This document shows positions 1 to 7,907 of a stretch of 31,201 nucleotides of DNA, one piece after another (within the stretch, counting starts at the first letter, position 1; every line of letters begins with the position of its first letter). Position numbers and translations under genes: made by a program. The notes beneath the pieces were generated by a model. The model did no database searches and had not been told where the DNA came from. It was given only the letters and a program-made list of their open reading frames with translations. The DNA is taken from NCBI GenBank assembly GCA_044356725.1, contig JBIKVS010000012.1, positions 1-31,201 of the forward strand. The letters are read 5' to 3'. The stretch comes from Minisyncoccia bacterium (GTDB lineage Bacteria; Patescibacteriota; Minisyncoccia; SW-4-49-11).

Positions 1-29
1 GATTTTAACAAATCTTTAATAGAATACAT
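1..29 (-). CDS. Possible 5' end of a gene running off the left edge (MYSIKDLLK...), possibly leaderless
   Basis: ATG at 29-27 on the minus strand is open to the window edge, with TATAAT (40-35) just upstream. Too short to assign a product. Confidence 0.3.
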
Positions 30-151
30 TTACTATTATAATACTAAACGTCCTCATACTTCTCTTAACTATTTATCTCCTTTCTCTTTCCTCTCTAATT
101 TTTCCACGATGTATTCGTCCTATACAAATAATATACAAATATATAAAAATA

Positions 152-160
152 TGATATAAT
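152..160 (+). promoter_or_regulatory. Extended -10 promoter for the RRM gene
   Basis: TGATATAAT about 80 nt upstream of ATG 243. Confidence 0.55.
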
Positions 161-242
161 ATATTTAATCCTTGGCTTAGGCAGGTCGACAGGAGGGTAA
201 CCGTTAGTAAGAAAGAGTAATCTTTCTTCAAAATCGTAAATT

Positions 243-494
243 ATGAACAAGAATTTATTTGTACGAAATATTTCGTACAAAGCAACAAATCAGGACTTAC
301 AATCTCTTTTTGAGACTGTTGGTAATGTAGTTTCAGCAAAAATCATCTTTGACAAAGAGCAAAACCGTAGCAAAGGTTATGGATTTGTAGAGTTTGCCAC
401 TGAAGAAGAAGCTGATAGAGCAATTCAACAGTTAGATGGAGCTTCTCTTCTAGAAAGAGAAATCTCTATTCAACCTGCTAAGCCTCGAGAATAA
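243..494 (+). CDS. RNA recognition motif (RRM) RNA-binding protein
   Basis: RNP2 LFVRNI and RNP1 KGYGFVEF in an 83-aa single domain. Confidence 0.95.
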   Translation: MNKNLFVRNISYKATNQDLQSLFETVGNVVSAKIIFDKEQNRSKGYGFVEFATEEEADRAIQQLDGASLLEREISIQPAKPRE

Positions 495-503
495 GTCCTC
501 GAT

Positions 504-537
504 AACAAAAATCCCGGTTAATCCCGGGTTTTTTGTT
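504..537. terminator. Bidirectional intrinsic terminator
   Basis: AACAAAAAT-CCCGG-ttaatc-CCGGG-TTTTTTGTT between convergent genes. Confidence 0.8.
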
Positions 538-562
538 TACAGAATATTTATAGCTAATAGTT

Positions 563-1393
563 CTATGATAATAGATTAAAAACATTAGAAATAATAGCTG
601 ACACTTCATTCTCAGTACCTCTTAGTGTCCCAGACCAAACTTGCCAAGCTAATAAAGTTTTAGCAAATAATGATAGGAAAATATATATTTTTTCACCAAA
701 CACATAAGATTTCCAAGGGCCAATCTTTTTATACTGTAAGAACATATTAAGTGCAAATATATTAAAGACAGCAAATAGAGAGAATACAACAAAATATACA
801 AAACTAGGTATTTCTACTTCAGCTGATGATATAGCCCCTTGGAAATGTAAGAAAATAGCAATCCAAGGAATAATTCCAGCAATACATCCAAATATATAAG
901 GTAGCCAATTAATATCTTTACGATCTTGATTAATCTGCTCCATTACTAGTCCAAACAAATTCATACTAGCATTAATACCAAATAGTAGAAGTAGAGTAGA
1001 GAAATCATAAATTCCTACCAAAAGTGCAATTAATACAATCATCACAGATGAAGATAGAGCATATTCATACCATCTAATCACATTGATATGTTTTTTTAGG
1101 TTTTTGATATACCAAGGATAAACATTTGGTAAAATAGTAATAAAGTGAGCAACGGCCGATAATAGCAAGAATAAGGCTACCGCAGGCCCTAAGTTAATAT
1201 CAAATAAACTCTCCGTCACAGGTTTAGCAGTACGAGTAGCAGAATCAAAATCTAAATAATTAGTAGTGACAGGGAATAAAGCTTCCTTTGATACATATAG
1301 CATCAAACCAGCCTGAAAGAAGTGCAAAGCCCCCATAATACCATTGTACATTTTAAGGCGTTCAAACCCATTGTGCATACGAAACCCAAGCAT
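563..1393 (-). CDS. Heliorhodopsin
   Basis: Seven hydrophobic helices with family motifs LHFFQA, SAVAHF, RWYEYALSSSVM, MNLFGLVME, and the retinal-binding SLFAKTLLAWQ. Confidence 0.93.
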   Translation of the reverse strand: MLGFRMHNGFERLKMYNGIMGALHFFQAGLMLYVSKEALFPVTTNYLDFDSATRTAKPVTESLFDINLGPAVALFLLLSAVAHFITILPNVYPWYIKNLKKHINVIRWYEYALSSSVMIVLIALLVGIYDFSTLLLLFGINASMNLFGLVMEQINQDRKDINWLPYIFGCIAGIIPWIAIFLHFQGAISSAEVEIPSFVYFVVFSLFAVFNIFALNMFLQYKKIGPWKSYVFGEKIYIFLSLFAKTLLAWQVWSGTLRGTENEVSAIISNVFNLLS

Positions 1394-1493
1394 ATATTTA
1401 ATATTTATTTAATACTATTATAGTATGTAACACAAAGCCAAAAATGTCAAATTAATTTAATTATGAACGGTAAATTATATAAATGATGTTTTT

Positions 1494-1555
1494 TGTCCTC
1501 CCTTGGGGGAGGTGGTTCCTCTCATACTTTTGTTTTTGAGGGGGCGGAGGAGGAC
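1494..1555 (+). repeat. GC-rich two-hairpin REP-like element
   Basis: TGTCCTCCCTTGGGGGAGG...GGAGGAGGACT, a near copy of 3001-3063. Confidence 0.8.
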
Positions 1556-1623
1556 TTCTTCTCAAAAGAGGTTAACTAATACGTTAAGTATTTCTATCTT
1601 TACGAAATTATTATCAACTATAA

Positions 1624-1986
1624 TTATTCTTTTGATTTCTCTCTTTCTCCTTCAACCTTCTCAACTTTCTTCTTATTCCCTGAACTTAAAGCCCATAATC
1701 CAAGTAATATCAGAATAACTGGCCAAAAAGCTCTTAGTACTTGTCTCATAGTGATAACCTCCAACTGAAGTAGACCAATTGTAATACCAGAGCCAATAAA
1801 TATAATAGATTCCACTAAAGCTTTGAATTGAGAGGCCAATAATCTCCAAACTCCAAAAGCAATCAAAATAATAGGTAGCCACTGAGCAAAACTAGGAGTG
1901 TCAATCACTCCAAAATTATCCAATAACCACACAATTCCAATTCCAACTAATATAGATCCTAACAAAGATTTATTAGACATAGTCAT
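1624..1986 (-). CDS. LiaF/DUF5668-like four-TM membrane protein
   Basis: Two repeats of G.ILVG.G..WLL.N.G.I...W.PIILI..G.W.L. Confidence 0.7.
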   Translation of the reverse strand: MTMSNKSLLGSILVGIGIVWLLDNFGVIDTPSFAQWLPIILIAFGVWRLLASQFKALVESIIFIGSGITIGLLQLEVITMRQVLRAFWPVILILLGLWALSSGNKKKVEKVEGEREKSKE

Positions 1987-2089
1987 AAAAGTTAGTTAAT
2001 AAGCAAGTATATTATAATATAAATCCGTATTTAGTTCAAATTTGAAAAAGATGAGAAACATCGTAGACAATCTCAACCAGTACAATTAT

Positions 2090-2118
2090 TTGCCAGATAC
2101 ACTATATATTGATATAAT
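2090..2118 (+). promoter_or_regulatory. sigma70-type promoter of the tRNA
   Basis: TTGCCA-17 nt-TATAAT with TG extension, 9 nt before the tRNA. Confidence 0.75.
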
Positions 2119-2127
2119 ACACACAAA

Positions 2128-2200
2128 GGGCCGTTGGCGCAGTTGGTAGCGCGCTTCCATGGCATGGAAGAGGTCGCTGGTTCGATCCCAGTACGGTCCA
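2128..2200 (+). tRNA. tRNA-Ala(GGC), CCA not encoded
   Basis: Cloverleaf: acceptor GGGCCGT/ACGGTCC with G3:U70, anticodon stem CTTCC/GGAAG with loop ATGGCAT (A32-U38), T arm GCTGG-TTCGATC-CCAGT. Confidence 0.97.
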
Positions 2201-2201
2201 C

Positions 2202-2909
2202 ATGTCCTTTGATTATAAATCGAACCAAAACCACTTATTTATGTACACAAAATCTCAAAAAACAATTTATTTTTTCCGCCATGCCCAGAGTGAGGGGAAT
2301 CTTCGTCATATTCAAGCTACAGATGAAGACATACATCCAGCAGAGCAACATATTACCGATTTAGGTAAACAACAGGCGGAGAAGTTAGCTGATAGATTAG
2401 GTAATCTCAATTTAGAAATTCTGATTTCAAGTACTTTAATTAGAGCTAAAGAAACTACAGAAATTATCAACCAAAAACACAATTATAAGACAGAATACTC
2501 AGATTTATTCATAGAGCGCCAAAAACCAAGCTCCATCATAGGTAAATTAAGAAACGATGAAATGGTACTATCCATCGAAAAAGCTTGGAAACATAGCCTT
2601 TATACCACTAATCAACAAGTAGAAGACGGAGACTGCTATGATAGTTTAATCAAGAGAGCTCAAGACTGCCTAGAATTTTTAGAAAACAGGCCAGATAGTA
2701 TTATAGGAGTGGTGACACATGGATTTTTTCTCAACACGATAGTCAATAAAGCTATTCTAGGAGAAAAACTAACTCCAGAAATTTACAAAAGGGTACAAGA
2801 ACAACATTGGCTAGATAATGCTGGTATTACAGCCTTACAATATAATCCTGACTATCCTTATACCGGTTGGAAGATTTGGATTTATAATGATCACTCACAT
2901 CTTTTATAG
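2202..2909 (+). CDS. Histidine phosphatase (phosphoglycerate mutase-like) family protein; start may be 2241
   Basis: RHAQSEGN, SSTLIRAKET and VVTHG motifs. Confidence 0.9.
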   Translation: MSFDYKSNQNHLFMYTKSQKTIYFFRHAQSEGNLRHIQATDEDIHPAEQHITDLGKQQAEKLADRLGNLNLEILISSTLIRAKETTEIINQKHNYKTEYSDLFIERQKPSSIIGKLRNDEMVLSIEKAWKHSLYTTNQQVEDGDCYDSLIKRAQDCLEFLENRPDSIIGVVTHGFFLNTIVNKAILGEKLTPEIYKRVQEQHWLDNAGITALQYNPDYPYTGWKIWIYNDHSHLL

Positions 2910-2958
2910 GAGAGGAAAATTGTATTCGTCTATCTTTGATATAATTATATTTTTAATA

Positions 2959-3063
2959 TCCCCTACGGGTACCCCCTCCTAAGGGAGACAAAATAAAGAC
3001 TGTCCTCCTTTGGAGGAGGTGGTCCCTCCCATACTTTAGTTTGGGAGGGGACGGAGGAGGACT
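2959..3063. repeat. Inverted pair of REP-like hairpin elements (2959-2990 and 3001-3063)
   Basis: CCCCTACGGGTACCCCCTCCTAAGGGAGACA faces TGTCCTCCTTTGGAGGAGG...; related to 1494-1555 and to the GGGAGACAGA ends at 27321-27348 and 29061-29088. Confidence 0.75.
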
Positions 3064-3065
3064 AA

Positions 3066-3100
3066 AATTCATAACTTATAATTCACAATTCATAATTTTA
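3066..3100 (+). repeat. Degenerate heptamer tandem repeat (AATTCAT)n
   Basis: AATTCAT AACTTAT AATTCAC AATTCAT AATTTTA; similar run at 29161-29187. Confidence 0.6.
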
Positions 3101-3156
3101 AAATTCTATGCTATAATAAAAATACAAAATATAAGAATCAATAATATTACACAGAT

Positions 3157-3804
3157 ATGAAAAAACTAGGATATTTTGCACTGGGTATATCATTCTTAAT
3201 CGTAGGAGTGAGCCTGTACATTAATAGAGATTTTAGCAATAAAGGCAATGAAGCCATCAAGGCAAGTCTAGAGACCACAAAGCAAATTAGTAAATTAAAT
3301 GAAGATATTATGAAAGACAGACCAATTATAGAATTTGAAACTAACAAAGGAAATATAACTATAGAATTGTTCAGCGATTTGTCCCCCAATACAGCTTCTA
3401 AAATTATAAAATATACCAAAGAAGGAGTTTATGATAATACTTTATTTCATAGAGTAATTGATAGCTTTATGATTCAAGGAGGTGACCCTAATACCAAAGA
3501 TCCAAGTAAAGCTGCGCTATACGGAACTGGAGATGCTGGAGAGAAATTTGATGATGAAATTAATGATGAGCTATTAGTCAAAGGAAGCTTTGCTATGGCT
3601 AATTCAGGACCAGATACCAATGGATCTCAATTCTTTATCGTCACCACAGAATCCACACCTTGGCTAGATGGAGCTCATACCAATGCTGGTAAGGTAATCG
3701 GGGGACTAGATATCGCAGAATCAATCTCCACCGTCCAAACCGGGGCACAAGACAGACCAGCCGAAGATGTCAAAATTATCTCCGCTAAAGTGGTAAAGGA
3801 GTAA
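3157..3804 (+). CDS. Cyclophilin-type peptidyl-prolyl isomerase with N-terminal membrane anchor
   Basis: FHRVIDSFMIQGGDP, AMANSGPDTNGSQFFI and WLDGAHT motifs. Confidence 0.95.
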   Translation: MKKLGYFALGISFLIVGVSLYINRDFSNKGNEAIKASLETTKQISKLNEDIMKDRPIIEFETNKGNITIELFSDLSPNTASKIIKYTKEGVYDNTLFHRVIDSFMIQGGDPNTKDPSKAALYGTGDAGEKFDDEINDELLVKGSFAMANSGPDTNGSQFFIVTTESTPWLDGAHTNAGKVIGGLDIAESISTVQTGAQDRPAEDVKIISAKVVKE

Positions 3805-3821
3805 AACAACTATATAAAAAT

Positions 3822-4415
3822 ATGGATAATACATTAAACAAGAGTAAGGGAATGAATAGATCAATATTACTTTTAATTTTATTTATATATAACATAGTTA
3901 TATACTTAGGATCTTTTTTTCTTGTAGGACTTTTCGCAGCTTCTATCTGGGTTCATATGCTTCCATGGACATTGATAATATTACTATCTATTTCAATTGT
4001 ACATATTATTATTGATAATGATATTGAAAGAGTATCAATAAAGCCTAATACTTATCTAATTTTATTATCACTAGGAATACAAATATTAGCATTAATGTGG
4101 TTTGTATTTACTCCAACTACTACATTTTTTAGTTATCATTTTATTATGTTGATATCTTTAATACCAGGTGGGCTAGCTTATTATGTCGGTTACAGGAGTA
4201 GAACAATAATTGATAATACTGAAGCTAGAAAAAATTATATACCATATATTTTACCATTAATAATACTAGCCATTGTTTCAATAATAGCTGTAGCTTGGTA
4301 TTTTTATAGTGGTTGGATTAATAGTCCGGCAGATATACCTCAAGAGTATAATGAAAATAATGTAACACCACCAGAATATCAAGATTCTACACCTCCCCTT
4401 GACACAAATTTCTAA
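3822..4415 (+). CDS. Hypothetical multi-pass membrane protein with Pro/acidic tail
   Basis: About five hydrophobic segments; no recognised motif. Confidence 0.7.
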   Translation: MDNTLNKSKGMNRSILLLILFIYNIVIYLGSFFLVGLFAASIWVHMLPWTLIILLSISIVHIIIDNDIERVSIKPNTYLILLSLGIQILALMWFVFTPTTTFFSYHFIMLISLIPGGLAYYVGYRSRTIIDNTEARKNYIPYILPLIILAIVSIIAVAWYFYSGWINSPADIPQEYNENNVTPPEYQDSTPPLDTNF

Positions 4416-4427
4416 AATCGGTATACT
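4399..4427 (+). promoter_or_regulatory. Consensus-like sigma70 promoter
   Basis: TTGACA (4399-4404)-17 nt-TATACT (4422-4427). Confidence 0.55.
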
Positions 4428-4451
4428 ATTCAAGCTCTTTTATAAATTTTT

Positions 4452-4484
4452 ACAAAGACTCCCCTCGAGGGAGTTTTTGTTTTG
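4452..4484 (+). terminator. Intrinsic terminator
   Basis: ACAAAGACTCCC-ctcga-GGGAGTTTTTGT followed by TTTG. Confidence 0.8.
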
Positions 4485-4531
4485 TGCAAATATGATATAA
4501 TATAAATGTTAAGTGAAATAAGTTATTTATT

Positions 4532-4738
4532 ATGGAAATTAGAATTTTAGGAGGTAATAATAATAAAAATTTAAAGTCTAAACCACAATTGCTTATTTGG
4601 GGAGGGTTTGGATTATTTATATTTGCCTTCATTGCTAATTTTGCCTCTCAGATTATATTCCCAATTTTGATGGGAGTGGGAGTAGTGATTGGAATAGTTG
4701 GTTGTATTCAATTAATCATTAGCTATTTTCAAAAATAA
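4532..4738 (+). CDS. Small two-TM hypothetical protein
   Basis: 68 aa with two hydrophobic helices; TGATATAAT upstream (4493-4501); abuts the next gene. Confidence 0.65.
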   Translation: MEIRILGGNNNKNLKSKPQLLIWGGFGLFIFAFIANFASQIIFPILMGVGVVIGIVGCIQLIISYFQK

Positions 4739-4739
4739 T

Positions 4740-5294
4740 ATGCAATACACTATTATAGATATCCCAGGATACAATCATAATAGTGAAAGTATGTGGCATC
4801 CAGACTTTAGAAAATATATTATAGAGTCAGGCAATGAGGTCACAACCCTTAATTTACCAGGAGGAAAATATCCAGTATTTATAGAATGGTACCCAATTAT
4901 AGAGCAAGCAGTAGCAGAAGCCAAAAACCCAGTCATTTTGGTAGGGCATAGCTTGGGAACTAGAGCGGCATTATTATTCTTAGAGCAAACACAATATTCA
5001 GTTCAAGATGTCGTTTTAATTGCCCCTTTTGATAACTCACTTACCAATGCTAGTTTTAGAAACGGGAATTACTCTAATTTTTTTGATCATTTAGTAGATA
5101 TAGATAAAGTAAAATCCAATATCAAAGGTAATATTAAAGTTATCGGCTCTGAGGATGATGCTAATATCCCTTATATACAAGCTCAGAATATAGCTAAAGA
5201 TTTATCAACTGAGTTAATCAGTATTCCTGACAGTTCTCATTTTCTAGATATAAAATGGGCAAAAACTCTAAGTGAAATAATATTTCCTCAATAA
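4740..5294 (+). CDS. Alpha/beta hydrolase, RBBP9/YdeN family
   Basis: PGY...W, GHSLG nucleophile elbow, SEDDANIP and SSHF catalytic His. Confidence 0.88.
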   Translation: MQYTIIDIPGYNHNSESMWHPDFRKYIIESGNEVTTLNLPGGKYPVFIEWYPIIEQAVAEAKNPVILVGHSLGTRAALLFLEQTQYSVQDVVLIAPFDNSLTNASFRNGNYSNFFDHLVDIDKVKSNIKGNIKVIGSEDDANIPYIQAQNIAKDLSTELISIPDSSHFLDIKWAKTLSEIIFPQ

Positions 5295-5302
5295 TTACAA
5301 TA

Positions 5303-5346
5303 AACTTTTGTCAACTATTGACAAAAGTTATAGATAGTGTTATATT
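5303..5346 (+). promoter_or_regulatory. Promoter with palindromic operator over the -35 box (copy 1)
   Basis: AACTTTTGTCAA-cta-TTGACAAAAGTT (5303-5329); TTGACA-17 nt-TG.TATATT. Confidence 0.75.
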
Positions 5347-5419
5347 CAGGCTGTAGCATAGATTAGAATTATTTATTTTCTATCATGTATGTGCCTTAAC
5401 AATTAAATATTTTTGAAGA

Positions 5420-5545
5420 TAAGCTCTCTTTTAACAAGAGTATTCTTTGGTGCCTTTCAGTATATCTATCTCGGTATATTGAGAGGCGCCAGAGGATCTC
5501 TTAACTAATATTCCTTTGAGAATATTAGTTAAAGCTGCCTTAGGC
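5420..5545 (+). ncRNA. Candidate structured leader RNA
   Basis: 24-bp stem 5443-5466/5473-5496 fully paired only with G:U on the plus strand, then a 13-bp stem 5501-5513/5520-5532. Confidence 0.55.
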
Positions 5546-5573
5546 GTCATTGTTCACATACTTACTTTTAACA

Positions 5574-5945
5574 ATGTTACACCCAAGAGTCATCGCTGCA
5601 CTCATCATCGCTTCCACGTTATCAGTAATGCCAGCAGAAGCCCAAAAAGCTTCAGGAGCTCATACCAAAGTGAGTACCTGGAATAATTATTCTAGCAAAG
5701 GCTATCTACATGGGCGTGGTCGAGCTATCTCTATTCAAAATGGAGGTATTAATATTGAGGGAGATGGTCATTCTAATATGAAAGATTGTCATTATTGTGG
5801 CAAAAATGGATCTAATGGCGGCTATAGCTTTAAAGGAGTTTATCAATTTGAGCGAGGTGTGATGCTCACTGGTCCAGGATCTTTCGGACTTAATGAAAAT
5901 ACTTACTTCGGTGCTGAAGGTTCCAACTGGACTCAGTTTGAGTGA
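5574..5945 (+). CDS. Hypothetical secreted Gly-rich protein (ORF track starts at TTG 5550)
   Basis: Signal peptide MLHPRVIAALIIASTLSVMPAEA; CHYC motif. Confidence 0.65.
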   Translation: MLHPRVIAALIIASTLSVMPAEAQKASGAHTKVSTWNNYSSKGYLHGRGRAISIQNGGINIEGDGHSNMKDCHYCGKNGSNGGYSFKGVYQFERGVMLTGPGSFGLNENTYFGAEGSNWTQFE

Positions 5946-6064
5946 TGAATCAATTTCCCTAACCTAGTCTAGGGTTGCTTATGGAGGAGATAAGTTCTTT
6001 CTCCTCCTATCTTCTAGCATAGCCTAATCTTAGGTATTTAATTCACACAACTAATCGATTTATC

Positions 6065-6733
6065 ATGAAATTGCGGCCATTGCTTGCTGTAACAATCACA
6101 CTGATCACCCCAGCTTATGCTAGTGGAGGAGATAATACTGATGTGGGGGTTGGTGTCACAACCAATACCACTAATCAGCTAATTTCCCTACCTAGTGGAA
6201 GAGGCGGTAGGGGCTCAGTTGCTCCTGCATATAGTCCTACTACCGAAGGAGGGTCTTTAGGACACCCTGGAGAAGCTAGAGTTAGCTTGAGGACTCAAAA
6301 CGTCTGTGGAGTTTATGACCACTCAGGCAGATTGAAAGATGTCCTTGTGCTTAATTCTTCAATGGAAGTTGTTGAACCCTCTAAAGTTAAACAACGAGGG
6401 GTTTCCGCAGGACTTTCTCTCTTTAAAGTGGGTTTTTCTGGGGGGGTATTTACTGCAGATATCACTCCTTCTGACCCACACTCTCGTTCTGGAGAGTATT
6501 TTCTTGAGTTAGAGGCTTCTCAGATTGTATCTTGTGAAGCGGTAGGAAATCCTCATCTCCGCCAAGAAAGGGTTGAACAAGCCTTAAGAACTCTCAATGT
6601 CCTAAGGAGGGGGAGGTTGGAGGGAATGGCAGCTTCTGAAACTATTCAACTTCAAAAGAAGCCAGTTCATTCAACACCAGTTACTCCACCGCCACCAACA
6701 ACCAAACATCCAGCAGTCCGTGCCCTCTGGTGA
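6065..6733 (+). CDS. Hypothetical secreted protein with Pro-rich tail ending PAVRALW
   Basis: Signal peptide ending AYA; two Cys; terminator follows. Confidence 0.7.
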   Translation: MKLRPLLAVTITLITPAYASGGDNTDVGVGVTTNTTNQLISLPSGRGGRGSVAPAYSPTTEGGSLGHPGEARVSLRTQNVCGVYDHSGRLKDVLVLNSSMEVVEPSKVKQRGVSAGLSLFKVGFSGGVFTADITPSDPHSRSGEYFLELEASQIVSCEAVGNPHLRQERVEQALRTLNVLRRGRLEGMAASETIQLQKKPVHSTPVTPPPPTTKHPAVRALW

Positions 6734-6755
6734 AGCGATTTCACATATATCTATA

Positions 6756-6782
6756 TCCCCCAATTTTTGGGGGGACTTTTTT
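6756..6782 (+). terminator. Intrinsic terminator
   Basis: TCCCCCAA-ttt-TTGGGGGGA followed by CTTTTTT. Confidence 0.8.
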
Positions 6783-6806
6783 AAAATAAACAACAAACAA
6801 ACTCTT

Positions 6807-6853
6807 TATAACTTTTGTCAACTATTGACAAAAGTTATATAATATGTTATAAA
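6807..6853 (+). promoter_or_regulatory. Promoter with palindromic operator over the -35 box (copy 2)
   Basis: TATAACTTTTGTCAA-cta-TTGACAAAAGTTATA (15-bp arms); TTGACA-17 nt-TG.TATAAA. Confidence 0.75.
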
Positions 6854-6904
6854 AATTCTAGACAGTATGTCGGCTGTCATTAGTAAGCACTTAGAGGTTT
6901 CTAA

Positions 6905-7702
6905 ATGAGAAACCGACTTATAGCAGGATTATTTACAGCAGCAGTCCTACTATTTACAGCCCCTGTGGCTGCTGAGGAGTACATTCCTTCACATCGTAGC
7001 AGTATTAGTTCAGATGTTGAAGTAATTCAAGGAATGATTCAACGTTCGCAAGAGCGTCAAGGAGTTGTGCAAACAACTCAAGAGTTAGAATCAGAACCCA
7101 TTGCTCCTCCTGTTTCTAGTCAGATTGTAGAGACAGAACCTGTTATTGAGGCCATTTCGGAGCCAATTAAAAGCTCAACTAAAGTCGCGACTGTAACAGA
7201 ACAACTAGCTCCAGTTGCAGTAAATCAATCGGCTGTATCGGCTAATACTCCAGAATCAGTTCAACCCACTACTCAAACTCCAGCTCCAGATAAAAGCACT
7301 TTTTACAATTATTCAACTCAGGTAAACAAACCATCCACTACCCCCGTTACGGCAACTGTTTCAGCTAATTCAGTTCTATCTGCGGAAACACAAACTCCAC
7401 CTCAAAGCAAGGTGGTCTCGCAAAGTTCTCAACAAATTGCTGTTAGGCATATTGGCATTCAGCGACAACAGCGGGAAGCATCAGATCCTGAGCCTAGTAG
7501 GGAAGCCCAAATTTCCAACCGAGCATTTATGCTCTTTGCAGCTGATCTGGCTTGGGAGAGGGTCGATAAAAAAGAAGATTATGGATTAGGTGCTAGACTT
7601 GAAAGAGGAGTAATTACCCCCTTAGCAGCAATCAAAGCTTACGTTCCTGAGAAATTACCACAAGCATTAGCTATTTTATCTGGTCAACAAGATTACACCT
7701 AA
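6905..7702 (+). CDS. Hypothetical secreted protein with long S/T/P/Q low-complexity region
   Basis: Signal peptide ending PVAA; GAGG upstream; small helical C-terminal domain. Confidence 0.72.
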   Translation: MRNRLIAGLFTAAVLLFTAPVAAEEYIPSHRSSISSDVEVIQGMIQRSQERQGVVQTTQELESEPIAPPVSSQIVETEPVIEAISEPIKSSTKVATVTEQLAPVAVNQSAVSANTPESVQPTTQTPAPDKSTFYNYSTQVNKPSTTPVTATVSANSVLSAETQTPPQSKVVSQSSQQIAVRHIGIQRQQREASDPEPSREAQISNRAFMLFAADLAWERVDKKEDYGLGARLERGVITPLAAIKAYVPEKLPQALAILSGQQDYT

Positions 7703-7865
7703 CAAGGAGAAGATCAATCTTAAAACTAAATAAACCCAATTCCCTTGATCGGGATAAATATTCACAATTGAATACACCTTAGTTCACCTTCATTAAACCC
7801 AGACGATAAGTCCGGGTTTAAAGTTATTATAAGACAAAATCATAAGTGAAGGTATAGTGAAGTAA

Positions 7866-7907
7866 TTAGCAGTCACCTCTTGACACTGCTAAAATTAGAG
7901 TTATAAT
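7866..7907 (+). promoter_or_regulatory. CIRCE-like (HrcA) operator overlapping the hsp20 promoter
   Basis: TTAGCAGTC-N9-CACTGCTAA (7866-7892) versus consensus TTAGCACTC-N9-GAGTGCTAA; TTGACA 7880-7885 and TATAAT 7902-7907. Confidence 0.82.

Noticed and set aside
1503-1718. 71-aa ORF and other antisense or overlapping ORFs (e.g. 95-280, 3147-3419, 9730-10101, 12221-12472, 21268-21594, 26139-26381)
   Set aside because: They start in repeats or shadow well-supported genes on the other strand or frame.
2134-2364. 76-aa ORF MAQLVARFHG...
   Set aside because: It is a translation of the tRNA-Ala gene.
2128-2990. Element integrated at the tRNA-Ala 3' end
   Set aside because: No duplicated tRNA 3' fragment or integrase seen.
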